Assembly (NCBI GenBank): GCA_964036045.1
Contig: OZ038378.1
Span: 172,360,001-172,424,000 of the forward strand
Direction of reading: 5' to 3'
Length of the DNA: 64,000 bases
Source of the DNA: Eutreptiella sp. 'Long Island Sound 2002'
Lineage: Eukaryota > Protista > Euglenida
The first letter of the stretch is position 1. Each line of letters starts with the position of its first letter. The notes under the pieces were generated by a model that searched no databases, was not told the DNA's origin, and saw only the letters and a program-made list of their open reading frames with translations. This document shows positions 40,990-54,530 of the stretch, piece by piece. The position numbers were made by a program, and so were the translations under genes.

Positions 40990-43900
40990 GTTGTGCATGT
41001 GCTCCTGGCGGTGCCGTTGCCCATGTTCCCACCCTTCTTTCTGCCTCCCTTCAGCCTCCATCCCATCCCTCTGCCCTCCCCCCCCCCCCCCTGTCCCGGC
41101 ACAGTCCTGGGGCGGCTCAGCAGCGTGTCCCTGTAACATGCAGGCTACGAGCCCCGGCCAACATCTCCCCCCTTAGTGCAAGACTCCCCTTCCTCCCCAC
41201 CGCTACCGGTTTTGTGTGGTTTTGGGGCAGCTTGCATGTGGACAGAGTGTGTGTGTTGGGAGCAGAAGGTACGGGGGTGCAGTTTGTGGGTGAGAGCCGG
41301 CACGCCAGTTCCACTGCCCAAATCGCAGCTTTCTGCCCTCATGGCGTGCACTCTGCTGTAGACCATGAAGCTTGGGGGACCGCCTCTTCAAGGGCGCCAA
41401 AGGAACAAATTCTATAGGACAGCAGGGGGGGGGAGCGAAGAGTCAGACACAGCAAAAGATCACACATATGTAACCCGGGGCCAGCGACACCACAAGCAAA
41501 ATGCTTGCAGATGTAGTCTGCCACTAATGTGTAATACTTGGTGCCCCTTGGCCTTGCGTTACAATTTTCCACGATAATGTTGGAGAGCACCCTCCACAGA
41601 GACACTTGGGTGGGATTGCGGTGAGGGGTTTGTTTTCCCGTTCTTTGGTGCTTGGTCCAGTGTACTTGGCATGATCTGTTGGTTGTCAGGCTAATTTGAT
41701 GATGATTTGATGGCCGGCGCCACTCTTTGGTGAGTAGGTCGTGTGTCCTTGGTCCCCATGCCTTCTGTCGTAGTGCCACTCTTTGGGGTTTAGACCGAAT
41801 GGCCCCACAGCAATTGTCTCTATCCACCTAACTAGTGGAAACATTCATGAGTTTAGCCTTGGATGCAGCACCCTAGGAGCAATATGCCTTCCGGACGGCA
41901 TGGGCTTTGGTCTGCAACAATGAGTGCCACACGTTAGTTTTTCTACTGCCCGGGCTGAGTGGAGCAGTGCACTGCTACATGCTAGTGGAAGGCAGCCAAG
42001 GGAACGGGGGGGCAAACGAGTAATAGAGATGAACCTGCATCACATTCTGATTCTGATTCGGATTCCCCAACATTTTTCAATGCTCAACTGATAGTGAGCA
42101 AGTCACAGAAGCCATCAATGTGTTCAGTCTGTGGTACATCTCCGGGGTTTGTCAATTTGTGTGTGATTTTGTTTTGTGCCATGGTGAGTGAGAGCCTGCC
42201 TTACGCACCCAGCCGATGCATTGCCTGGGGGCAAAAAGTGGTTGGGTGCCCTTTGGATATGAGCCCTCCACGGGGTCACAACAAAAAACAGCTTTCGTCA
42301 ACAGGTTGGAGGCACACCTTCACAAGACACAATGAATTGTCCTCAACTGGAAGCACCGACCAGCAAACCCCTCCACTGCTGGTTGCTTGGCACAACGAGC
42401 AGTGTGCTACTTTTTGCACCATGTTGCTTCTACTCCATCATTGAATCTGGTTCTTCGCTGCATGACCCGAAGATGGTAACGCTTTTGCAAAAGCAATAGT
42501 CTGGTTTGCGTTTCTTGCAAGACCTGGAATCTTGTCATCTCCAGAGGAACATACATTTTGGGCAATTTTGGAATCTGGCCCACGCTCATGGTTGGTATGC
42601 GGCACCGAAACTCTTACAACAACCAAAAGTGGTCCTCTTTCACTTGCATAGGACCTTAAAGAGTTTGGAAGGCTGATGCATGGTATAGCATATGGGGGCA
42701 GTCCACATGACAATTAGTGTAGCCTAGTTGATGCAAAACAAAAAGTCCAATGCACTATGCCATCCAAGGGAGCCTTGGTGCATTAGATGACTGTTTCTTG
42801 TTTCTGTTAGAATAGTTTGGTGGACATCATTTACCCCACTTGGCAGGGTATCCGCTCCTCCAAGATAGGCTTGCTTGGACAACGGCTGGGCGGAGGAAGG
42901 CTAAGGCATCCATCTTGTGCAGATAGCACCGGCGGCACCCAGGGCAGGGAAATACTCTCTGCGCCCTAGGGCCCCTCCACCTGCCTAGGGTACACCCTAG
43001 GTCGTGGGGAACTAGACCCAGCCCGCGTGGCAGCACTACTTGTGCTGAAGGCAGTCAAGGAGCGCGGATCTGACCACACACGTGCCACGTACCACGGCCT
43101 TCCCGTGCCGGCAGGCAGTCGTGGAGTGGTTGGGTAGCTTGTCTTTGTGACATTGAGGTTGCGAGTTCAGGCCCACATCTCCCCCGGTGGGCTCAGCGTC
43201 ATGTGCTCCAACCTCCATGCCAGGGCCTGGAGCACCAGGCACACACTTCCCCGCGCCACGTGCGCCAACGCCGACCAATAGTTGAGCAAGCAAGTGTGTC
43301 ATGACCCCCCCCCCCCTAGACACACAAGGGCACATACACACAGGCATGGCGGCATCTCCGGCCTGTGAGCACCACCGCGGGGTGTGGGGGCAGTCAACAG
43401 TCCGGACCTTGTGCCTTGTGACCGGACACCCACGTGTGGCTGCCCAGTTGGATCCTGCAGGGAAGGCAGCGCGGACTGTGGGTTGGTGACTAGCTGAGGC
43501 CTTGACCCAACCCAACCCAACCCAACCCACCCCCTTGAGAGGAGGCAATGTAGGAGACTACAAGTTGTAGGAAGAGTCCAAACGAGTGCCAAAGAGGGCA
43601 AAGGGGTAGGGGGCTCTGATTGTCAACATCCCCAGGAAGAATCCTGAGTGAGTCATTAGGTGTGGCGACTACAATCACCAGCTTAGTGGCCGGTCACTAC
43701 TATACCGGGGGTGGATGGGTGGGTCGGAGACCACACAAAAGTTTGTGTCCCCAAAATTGCCCTCCATTCTCTGGCCCCTTTAGAAGATTTCATTTTTTCC
43801 CCGGGGAAATGTTTTCTGATCTGGTGGGTGGTTGGGTCGGCCCAAATCCGTTGAAGGTCAAGTACCCAAGGTCAGAGTCCCCCCCCCCCCCCCCTCCAAA

Positions 43901-46097
43901 GTATCAATAAGCAATCCCCTGACACGGACACACTGCTTGTTCACCCGATAGGGGAGGTCTAGGTGGCGTTGTCTACGTTGCAGTGACCCCTATCATGGAC
44001 AAGGTTGCTACTACACCAAATCTTGAGGGGCTGCCTAATTCCAAGCTTATCTCGTTTTGTTGCCTGCCCATGGCAAATTTGTCCAAAAAGAAACAGCTCA
44101 AGGTGGGTGATGAAAGGACTTGGTACTCAGTGCGGCACCATTTGTGTCGATTGGACAGTCAAGGAGTGCCCCTTCATCCCTAAGGCCTCAGCCCTTAGGT
44201 CCACCCATGCACTTGTGGGGTCGTAGGCACCAGCGCAGCCCCGTGCATGTATCTAGTTCAATTGTGGGTTCGCATCAGAAGCTTGTTGGCCACCCAACCC
44301 ATAACTCAACTGGCAGCCTCTGTGGAGGTCTTCTCAAGTCCCAGTGTTTGGGCCCGGAGCACCGGCATCCGCCTCCTTAATGACCACCACAATAGGAGCA
44401 ATGAGGTGTGCTAACATGGGAAACCCACCTAGCTCTGCTTGCCCTCCATGCTTGCTGCATAGGGCAGATGCTCCAAGTTGAAGTAGGGTAGCAAGACCTG
44501 CCTTTGGCTTGTAGAAGGATAGGTCCCCTCACCTCGGACACAAGCATTCCGGTATCTCCTGCCCACGCGTGCTATCGTGGGGCTTGGGGACTGTCATGGA
44601 CAACTTGGTGCCCATTGTGTTTTGCAAGGATGGTGCTGTGACCCTGGGCCTTGTCCCCCTCCCATTTTCTCATGGCACATACCCCCCCCCCCCCCCAACA
44701 AGAAGTGGCATGATCCGACAGTGAGTGCCAAGGAGACCAAACTTAATTGAAGCCGCCCGGTAAGAGTACACGGTGAAACACTCCCCTCTGGCGCACACGT
44801 GCATGCACACACACATCCACACATACACTGACTGAAACCAGGACACTGTCAAATGGGAAGCCGTCCTCTTGGAGAACAAGCCTAGGGGCCAACGGGGAAG
44901 GCCACCACACGGGAGCAAGCCAGGGTGGAATGGAGGGGGGGGTTTTGCCGGACCCACCACCAGCCGCAGTCAGACTGCCATTGGCAGCCAGAACCAGCAG
45001 TCTCCAAGCATTGGGAGGTCTAGTGAGCTGCACTAGGCAGATCTCAGAGAGGTAACTGATGGAGTAATGAGCATAGGAGTAACGGGCAAATTCTCTGACA
45101 ATGGAGGCCCTGGATCAGTGGCCCCCTTCCCCTCCCGCCCCCGAACCAACCCACCCACACCAAGCACCCCCCCCCCCCCCCGCCCCCTTCCCGTCCACTC
45201 GTCTTCCACTTGAAAGCAAGTTTTGCTCACATTCGATCACACACTATTGCCCTTTGGGTGTGGACAGCCTTCTTCCACCCTCACGAAAACGGCGGTAGAT
45301 GCTCACACTTCTCACACAAGCCATGAAGGGCACCCCTTTTCCCAACCCAAGAAAGGCCAACCACCCAAACAAAAAGTATTGGCAACACCAACCAGGCCTC
45401 TACGCAGTGGAAAGCGCCACAGAGCAGCCTTAGTGACGTGTGTATTCCAGAAGCCACACACAAGTTAAAATGGACAGCAAAAAAAAAGTGTAGGCAACGC
45501 CGCCTTGGCCTCCTCAGCAGCGCAAAGCGCCACAGGAGTGGCTTCAACGGTGTGTGTCTATACTGCCCCCCCCCCCCCCCCCACATCCCCACCGCCACAC
45601 TCAGTCCTGAGGTATGTCTCCATAGAACACAAACAACTGCGATTACATATAACTGGAAGTACCATGTGGCACACCCACTCCACCATTCTGGTTACCATAA
45701 GGGTGGCCAAGCTACTCTTGCTTTCCCCAAGAGGCAAAATGCCTGGAAACCACTGGCAGGTAACACTTGGTGATCCGGAACCCGCTGGCCCCGGTGAAAT
45801 TTTCCCGTATCAGTGGTGATGAGCAGTCTCCAACAGTCTCCTTCATGGTCTCAGGAAAGCATCCGGTGAGCATGCTGGCGCCAGCATGAGAGGCACGCCC
45901 AGGGCACCAGCAGCACCTGTGAGCAGAGGCGGACAGCAGACCCACTCTCACATGCCAAGAACAAACAATGCAAACAATTTCCTCGAAAGCCCACAGCAGT
46001 GCGGAAATACCGGGAACACCGCCATGCATTTACTGAGCCCTTGTGCCCCCTTCCCACCCCCCATCGCTGGTGCCCAGGCACACCTCGTACCCCTCAG

Positions 46098-46281
46098 GGT
46101 GACACAGCCGACACCGGAGCTGACGCAGGCCTGCGCGGATTTGGACGTGGGGATCTCGCAGGCGTACGACCTTGACGCCGATTTCAAGTGGCCCGCAGTC
46201 GGCATCCTCTTCGCATTCGCCGTGGCATTCTGGATCCTCGCGGTCGTGTGCCAGAGCGTCTTCGTCAAGCTCAAAAAGTAG
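46098..46281 (+). CDS. ABCG half-transporter exon 7 (last TM helix, stop)
   Basis: cctcag|g gtg aca...(R)VTQPTPELTQAC...WPAVGILFAFAVAFWILAVVCQSVFVKLKK*; the phase 2 start fits exon 6. Confidence 0.85.
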
Positions 46282-46422
46282 GCCAGCACGCACGGCCACA
46301 GGGGTCCCCTCAGCTGTCTGCCGGTCCAAATAGACCCCCGCAGTCTGCTCGTCGCATGAAGGCGCTCTTTTCTCACCCGTGCCTTCCCCCCCCCCCCCCC
46401 GGTTTGCGCTCAGGAGCGCCGT

Positions 46423-46480
46423 AAAATAAAACACAGGTGCACCAAGCATGGGTTCGGGTGGCCTGAGCCCTAAACCCCCC
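46423..46480. repeat. ~58-bp dispersed motif, also at 59981-60040
   Basis: aaaataaaa.acaggtgcaccaagcatggg...gggtggcctgagcccta.a.cccc at both loci. Confidence 0.8.
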
Positions 46481-47464
46481 AAATGGCCATGAGAACATCA
46501 TGCAGACAACGAAGAAAAATTTAATCAGGGGTTTCTATTTTGTGTTTGAACTTTTCCGGAACAATCTGCCCCAGTAGATGCCCTCAACCGCCGTCGGCCA
46601 CAGCTCAACCACCTTCAGTTACCCGCGACCGTTGTTTTTCTGAATTTTCGGGATTGCAAGAGCCCCGTCACGTTCATGGATGGCTTGCAACCGCCTTTCC
46701 ATGTCCTGTAGCTGCACTCTACGTTTCCCTTTCGGTCTAAAGGGCTCGATTCTTTCGCACGAGCCCCAGCTCTGCCCAACCGAAACGTTAGCGCTGAAGT
46801 ACTCCTTCAAGCCCCTTCCCCCCTCCCTTGTCATGCCCAACCCCACGTCGGGGGTTGGGCAGGAGGGGGGGAGGGGGGCAGGGGTACATTAGAAGGGAAG
46901 TGACCTGAGAGGCGGCCCCGGAAGCGTTTAGACTGGCGGTTGGACGAGGTTGCCAAAGCGGTTGGGGGTGGTTCCTGTCGGTTACAAATGCCATTGAAGC
47001 TGGCCGTCGGAGACTGTGGCTTGGCGTAGGCTGGGCGCCCTGGAAGGCGGGGGCTTACCTCCCCCCCTTCCAATGCATCCCTGGGGGGGGGCGTCAACTT
47101 GTTGACCACCAACAAGCGGTAAGGGCAGGTACAGTTGTATTTCAACTGTGACCTACCAGAAGATGAGCCACTGTCCCCTGTGTGTGTGTGTGATGGTCTG
47201 ACAGGGGTTACTTTTGAAGACGCCCTTCACACCGATGGTTCCTGGGGAAGTCTTGTGCTCACTGCCATTTATTCAAGCGTGTCTTTCACCACAATTACTT
47301 GACAGGCCAGTGTTGCCTTGCAGCCTGGAGAATGCTTGGTGCAACTCAGGAGAGGCTGGACGCCTTCATTTCCAATCTGCCTGGGCAACTAGTTTTGTGG
47401 CCGTGTCAAACCAAGGGGAAAGTGCGTGTGTACAATAACACCGTCAGTGTCTTAGGAGGGGGAA

Positions 47465-47528
47465 GAGTCGCCGGATTCGAACCTGGGACCTCTGATCTGG
47501 AGGTTACCAGCCTCGAGACCGTTCTGGG
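47465..47528 (-). repeat. tRNA-Trp(CCA)-derived degenerate head
   Basis: The reverse strand reads ...ctccagatcagaggtcccaggttcgaatccggcg (Trp anticodon loop plus T-arm); the 5' half is decayed. Confidence 0.5.
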
Positions 47529-48159
47529 TCTAATTTTAACTGTGGACTGAACCCTCTCAACCTGCTGTTAATAAGATTGCGAAGTTTTTTCAGATATGGC
47601 TTGAACTTTTTTTTGAAGTTCCTCCGACGGGCTGTTTTGCTCACAGCCGTGGGTACCCAAAGGCACGACTAGAGCCTTTGCACCCCCAGTATTTCGACGC
47701 ACAACCCACAACCGGATATTCAGGATCTGAGTTCATAAATGTACATTCATTTGAGTGACACTCATATCGGAAACGTGATAGTCTGTTATGTACAGTGATT
47801 ATAGTAGAAGCCACAGAACTAGCGAGCAGCTGATTGTTCACAGGACGCAAGACGGTGGGTGAGGAGTGCAGTTTGGGTGCCCGAGCTGATGCAAGGGGGT
47901 TGGGGACACTGTTTGTCATTTGGAGTCAGTTTCCTCCAACAAACCAATTCTCAACAAATTTTTTCCAACAAACAATTTCTGCACCTTCTTATCCAACAAA
48001 AATGTTCCAACAAAAAGTTCACCGAACAAAAAATAGCACATGTCCAAGGGGTCTTGATCAGAATCTCGTCGCTGGTGGTCTTTTCCTGCAACTACAGGGG
48101 GAACGTTAGTGCGCCGGGCGCGCGCGGGCGCGCGCCGAGCATCTTTTGTGACCCGTGCC

Positions 48160-49130
48160 CCACCGGTGGACTGTTGCCGTTGATATGTTTGGCAACATTA
48201 TATGGATTTGCCCCTTGGCCCCCGGGACATCAGCAGATGTTTTGATTTGGGATGGGTATGGACCTTCTCGTACCCGAGGTGATTTCTTTGATTTCGAAGT
48301 TGGGGGCCATGGTGGTGCTTATAAAGGCCGGATTCATGTCATTGTGCCATTCATTGGAAGAAAGAATGGCACTTTGACAGCCCGCCAACAATGTTATAAT
48401 GACGTGCACAGGTGGAATAGGGCACGCATCGAGCAGCTGTTTGCTCGGTTGTGGCACGCAAGATGAGGCAGAGGATGAGGCAGATGTTTGTGTGTGTGTT
48501 GTGTTGCCAGAAGCGCTCCACCGTCGCAGTTTGTGATGAGTGTAAGGAGCACTATTGTACTGAATGTATTGACACCCACACTTGTGGGACCAATGTTGTT
48601 TCTTAAGTACAATACAGATGACAGTTGGAGTTGCTGAATTCACAGATATTGCTTTAGTTTGTAACGTGCTTTGCAGGTTGCAAGGTGCGCAGTCCATCAT
48701 GGTCTATTTGGGGGGCCTTCTCCATCAGAGGGCGAATCTCGTGCTGAAGTCGGGATAGTTAATAGAAAGGTAGCGCGCCGGGCAAACATCCCCCCACAGT
48801 CGGCATTCATTGCACATGTGGCAACAGCACATTTTCTATGTGCAGGAAAATTGTTTTGAAACTGTTTTTGCGCCTAAAACACCGGGTTTGGCTATGTGTA
48901 AGACCATTCCAAATATGAAAGGAGTGTGTTGTGGTGCGCACGGCTGTGGGGACACTCTTGTGCATGGCTGGGGATTGTTCGAGGACCCCGAGGGGCACGT
49001 GTCACCCATGGTCACACGAGAGGGTAAGGATTTCCTTGCCCTTGAGTACTGGCAAGATGATAAATTGGTGACGAAACGTTCAGCTACTCTCAACCGGGCT
49101 TTCTTCATTCCCCATCCCTGTCTCTCCTTC
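48160..49130 (+). mobile_element. DDE_Tnp_4 (PIF/Harbinger/ISL2EU-like) transposon relic, copy 2
   Basis: VAVDMFGNIIWICPLAPGTSADVLIWDGYGP...GAYKGRIHVIVPFIGRKNGTLTARQQCYNDVHRWNRARIEQLFARLW, then the same Cys-rich segment and downstream sequence as copy 1. Confidence 0.7.
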
Positions 49131-52100
49131 TAAGGCTCGTTCACACTCACCGTCCCCCCCCCCCCCCCCTGGCAAGCATGGCGCTTGCATAAGCACGGTG
49201 ACCGCATGCTCATATTTTTTCTGACCACAATTCTTGCGGTCAAGAATGTGACGTGACGTGGTTGTGTGGTAGTTGTAGAGGGGGCTGGGTCATGCCTGTG
49301 ACAGCTAATCATGACAGTTTGTTGATGTTTTGACAAGGGCAGTGTTCTCACAAAGGGGGTATATTGCACGTTGTGCCCGCGCCGTGCGCGCGTTGTGCAC
49401 AAAGTTTGTATCGGACCATACCCAAGGTAGGTTGGTAGGTATCTTCATGTGCTTGGGATGCCTCTTTTGACATTGCTAGAAGAAGGAAGAAGGGGCAACC
49501 ACCCCTCCCACTGCCCTATGCAATACGTCTCACAAAGCCGCACCCGCAGGTGACTTGGGAAGGCATGATCGCGGCCACCCGGTCCATGTGTGCCGCTCAA
49601 GAATATCCACCCAACTGGTCTCTCTTGGGCTCGTTTGAGGTGGGACTTTCGCAGGATGATGCAGAACGAAAGTGGGGCAAGAGTTTGAGACCATAACATG
49701 CTACCTATTTGGACCAACATGGGTTTACCTTAAAAAAAAAAAACAACCAAATTGCACCAAATCCATGTGAACATGAATCGCCCATTCAAACGACCACGTA
49801 ACCTCCAGTCATGAAGGGTACCCCAGCCAATTTAGTGCCCCCGGGGGTGGGGTGGGGGTGGGGTATTGCGAATTTGCAATTTCTGGGTTCTCAGGGGGGG
49901 GCTGTTAATCGAGGGGTATTATTTGGGTGGGATTGTCAAGGTCCTCTGCCGTTTGCTGTGTATTGCAGTCACTATGGGGGGAGCGGCACACACCGTGCGC
50001 ACCACGCATCTTTTTTAGTTAGATAATTTACTTGACGCCATTGTTTTGCTTTGTTGTTGCCCAATGAGGTGTTGTGTTGGTGAGCTAGTGCCCCATTTCA
50101 CCTTGTATGACCTGAGGATTGCATTGTGCATGCTATCCCGTCTATAGCTCAACAACACAATGTCTTCATCTTGGGTTCGAGCCGGTACCCTTGTCTTCTA
50201 CAACCGCAGCAGTGCAAATGAGCGGGTCCCTTCTACTATTCCAGGTTCCTCACAACGCCTTGGTGATTACCTAACCATACAATATGAGGTGAATGTGAAG
50301 GCGGTGATTCATGATGCTGTTGTGTTGGGACTCCTTTTAAGGTGACAGTGACTGTTGATTATGCGGACAATATTTTATGGTGAGCATCGTTGCTCAGCTT
50401 CATGCATTTGGATCTCTATATGTTGTACATCCATGATTTTGCTGTGTACAATCCAGATTCAATCCGGACCGCAAGAAACTCATGTGATACCCATTTACTG
50501 GTTGTTTTCTTGGTGCAAATGTTGCTGCCTAGTACCTTTCTGTGAAGGTCCAATTGGGGGGTGAAAGGTATGTAATTGCCCCAAACGGTGCGCACCATGC
50601 ACGCACCGTGCGCGCACCGTGTGCGTATTGTGCACCCTTTCCCACATGGTAGGTACTGTGTTGCCAAGCATTCACTGTGTCGCCAAGCATTCACTGTGAG
50701 GATGATGATGTCCTCAACGTGTCTGATAGTGAGAGCATCTCTGATGGAGATGCTGCAAATCTGAGCAATTAGCCTCCAGCCAAGTGTATGAAGCAGGCAA
50801 CCATTGCTACATTTTCCTTGCCCTATGATGGTGCCAGCTACAACTCTAGCTCTTCCTCTTGCTAGAGGACTTACTTTTCACCAACATGGGGGCGGGTTAT
50901 AATGGGGTTGTTACATGCATGTGCTTTTGACTACCTTGTGCGGTGGTGTTAGGGTTGAAATTCGGGGCCTTGAGTGGCCTAGGGGGTGGGGTTGGGTGAA
51001 ACATAGGGTTGTGGGGTGTAGTATGGTTTGTGTCGGCAAGAATATTGCTAATTGCCATGCAAATACCAGTTTCTCCCTGTAAAGTGCGCGCCGTGCCCGC
51101 GATACACAACCCCCCCCCCCCCAAGCACAGCCTTTCTTGTCAAAGCACCACAACTTTGTGCTACCGCTTTCCCCGTGAGTTTGCCTCTCCTCTTAAACAA
51201 CTGCACACGCCTGCCTTTTAGAGTTGAGGATGGACCCGGCAGTGTGCTACGCACAGACCGCAATGTATCAGCAGTTGTGGTAGCCTTTCAAGCTAGCGAG
51301 ATGCCTAGGTCTTGGTGGTGTGCCACCAAATGGGCCCCATACGGCTAGCGCAGAGCAAAGAGATTATGTCTCGCCTCCTCACACCACAACACTGCACTTC
51401 GCTCATCATGCGCATGCAGTGTGACTATTTGATATGGATGGCATATGTAGCATCCACGCAAGGGACAACAGGTGCCAAGCAGCTTAGGAGCATAGGGAGG
51501 GGTAGGAGCGGCAAGTTCGCACGTTGTATGTACATACTAAATTTTGAGGTGTTTGTGAGGCGCGCTTTGCACCTGACCACAATCCCCGCATGGTCACACT
51601 ACCATTGTAGGAGTGGGCATGTGTCTTGTTGTAGGCTTTGCACAAGCTCCAACAACGCATTCTCTTCGGGTAGTTACTACATGGGGCGTAGACGGCACAA
51701 TGCCCCTCTTTGCTTCTGCTAGGGGCCGGCAAAGCTTGAGTCCTACCTCGCGCCCCTACTTTGCGGCATAGGGGAGCATGCTGGTAATGTTGAGGCGGCT
51801 GACCTTCTATTGCACACACTCATGGCTCCAGCACCTATGGGGCCCATATTGTCGCCTTGGACGCCCGCATGCTACAGGCGGTTGGGGCCCGTGAGGCCAC
51901 CCAAACCTTGAGGGCCCCGTAAAACTGCTGCAGCCACCTTGACAAGGACCCCCCCCCCCCAAGCCTTGTGATCCCACGTGCTCACCACCAAATGTATATA
52001 ATACAGACCTCATGTCATACCAAGCCCATAGAAGCTTGTGCATATGCGGCAATCTGTCAAGGGGGTGTTGACCAGTGTGTCAAAGGGGTGTCGACCCGCG

Positions 52101-53359
52101 ACCTTTGGCTCGTCGTGAATGCTTAGCCCATAATCAGACGGCTTTGTGGAATTGCATGGAAGAGGGGGAGAGCAAGGAGGAGGAGTAGGAGGAAGGGAAG
52201 AACCCTGATGGCGCAACGGATGGGGACAAGGATGAAGAGAAGAAGGATGGAGCAAGGGAGAAGGCAGAGGTGGTGGGAGTAGTTGTGGCGAAGAGGTTGT
52301 GGGCGACTAGAGTGAGCCAAGGGGACCCCCTCCCACCTAGGATTAGTAGTCCTAATCTAGTCTAATCCACTGATTGATCTAATCTCTAATTTCTCGTCCT
52401 GTAATCCACCTCAATGTTGTACAATGTGTGTCAGTTGTGGATGCATTGTAATGGTGAACACTGCTTCATACCTTGTGCAAACATTTCTAGTGCCGTTTCG
52501 TGCTCAAGAGGCAGGGTGTTGATGCTAAAAAAACATTGGTCAGGTGGTGTTCTAACTAGGAACGTTAGAATGTTCCAATGGGTGTTCTAGTTAGTTCTAC
52601 CCCCCTGTGGTGCTAACACGGGCTTGACAGCGACCCTGTGCTTTTGCACCATTGTGCCGTTTTTGGAACCACCGTTTCTCCCTAGAGTGACACGAGTTGC
52701 ACACTACGAATTCTTTGTTTTGTGATTGGTATTGTGGCTATCAGAAATTTGTTACAAAACTTTCAAGGCCTTCTTGTGAAGGTTTCATTTTTGCCTGCAT
52801 AGGCCGCGTTCACTAGTGCCTGCTTGGAACCACTTCGACGGTATACGCTTCAAGAATAGTGCTTTTGGCTGTGTCGGGATCTATGGAGGACTCCATCGGT
52901 TTTGAGGACTATCTCCTTGGGGGAGTACATGAAAGCTTCGTCAAGGACATTGACAAGAAGATGTGGGCACGAAAGAAAGCTGTCCCTGCGTGATCTGGGG
53001 GACTGTCACAAGCTTTGGTTGCGCAATTTCGCTGCATCAGTGTCGTTCTCTGGTTCCGCGGAGGAGTTTGTTGAACGTTTCGTGGGGTATACAACCGTAA
53101 AGCCGGTCGCTTTGGATGCAAAATCGGGATCCTTCCGTCGCCTGCCACAACCAATCTAGACACCTCCGTCTTTAGATGGTATGCCTGATTGAAGACCAAG
53201 GAAATTCAATTAAATAGCTCACATCCTAGGGCTGGGGCCTGTTTGAAGCCCCGATGTAAGGAAAAGAGCTAGAACCCCCCCCCCCTTTTCTTTCTTTCAA
53301 AGATGCTGAAGCAGAGGTCGCAACTAACCACCCCCAGCGGGTGTCTAGGGCACTGAGGA

Positions 53360-54097
53360 TATGAAGGCCATCCTCCTAGGGGGCGCCTTAAGCGCAGTGC
53401 GCGCGCAGTGCGGGCGCAGTGCAACTATTTGGGCGTCTAGCCGTACTGGAGACCCATACTTTGTGATACTAGGGGGCATCATTGTTGCCCCTAGCGTATG
53501 TTTTGATGCTTCTTCCACATTGGGGATATGGCATTTTTGGATTTTCACCCACTTTCACCCATTTCCACCCCTTTTCACACTTTTTTGCTCATCCCCACCA
53601 TGGACTCCCACACTTTGGTGTGGGCCCTTGAGTTGGGGTGACAGACTACCCGGTTTTTGCCTGACCACAATCGAATGCCCTATGCGAGGCCGCATCACTG
53701 CTGATAAGGATGCGTGGTTGTACCACAAGTGGAAACCGGAGTTTGATGTGGATTCCCTCCTACAAGCCACTTTGCCCCACGGTCCAGTGGAGGATGAGGT
53801 GGACACATATGAGGCCTTGGCACTAGCTCGTAGGGTGAGTGAGCTTTCAAATGCCGCCACTCCGAAGCATTGTGATTTTGTATTTAATTGACAATTGAAC
53901 AGAAAAGAAGATATGTGTGTGTCTTTCTGCATTTTGCATGATGTCTTATGTGAGGGGGAGGTAGCTTGCATTTGTCTTTAGCTAGGGCAGTTTGGGTGAC
54001 CTAAAGTTGGGGGCATTTGGAAGGGGTGTGCCTTGGGGTTCTTTAGGGAGGACCTACTCTAAAAGTAGCGCGCAGTGCGCGCGCAGTGCAAGGATTC
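53360..54097 (+). repeat. Dispersed repeat, copy 2; possible 5' terminal region of the YR retroposon
   Basis: See 32256-33165. Both ends carry gcgcagtgcgcgcgcagtgc. Confidence 0.75.
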
Positions 54098-54099
54098 CC

Positions 54100-54530
54100 C
54101 CCTAGACCTCACAGCCGACGAAAAACAGAATGCGGCCCTGTGGATTTCCCGATCACCTCTTGGAACGGATGGAGACAACGCCGTGAAGGACTCTGAGGCA
54201 GTGTCGGACCGGTTTGTGGGGCTTGTCGAGGCCTTGCGGACCCTGGTCGCTACCTCCACCTCCATGTACAAAGAAAGGTACGAGGGCTCCTCCTCTTCGT
54301 CAAGTTCTTCTAGGGGCAGGCATGAGGCCGGGATCCGTGATGAGGCGGGCTTAACGGAGGCTGGGAAACGCCTTAAGCGCGTCATGCGCAAGCGCTTCAA
54401 ATACGTTGACGGGCAAGAGTATTTCGAAAAAGACAATGGCGAATGGGTCAAGACGACGGAGGACCCCGTCGGGTTGTGCAAGACATGTAGGAGTCGGGGT
54501 GAAGTGATGCGCCACTAGATCTTGTGCTGG
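54100..54530 (+). pseudogene. Gag-like ORF remnant ending in a CCHC-like knuckle
   Basis: ...RKRFKYVDGQEYFEKDNGEWVKTTEDPVGLCKTCRSRGEVMRH*ILC (C-x2-C-x8-H-x3-C with a stop). Confidence 0.45.

Noticed and set aside
41339-41827. Possible minus-strand LINE zf-RVT fragment (PTQVSLWRVLSNII)
   Set aside because: Too short and lacks the CCHC motif, so it cannot be called.
46423-46480. Resemblance of the reverse strand (GGCTCA-GGCCACC..AAC..TGGTGC) to the trypanosomatid ingi/L1Tc 77-nt HDV-ribozyme signature
   Set aside because: The P1 pairing needed for an HDV-like fold is absent; the similarity is short and probably chance.
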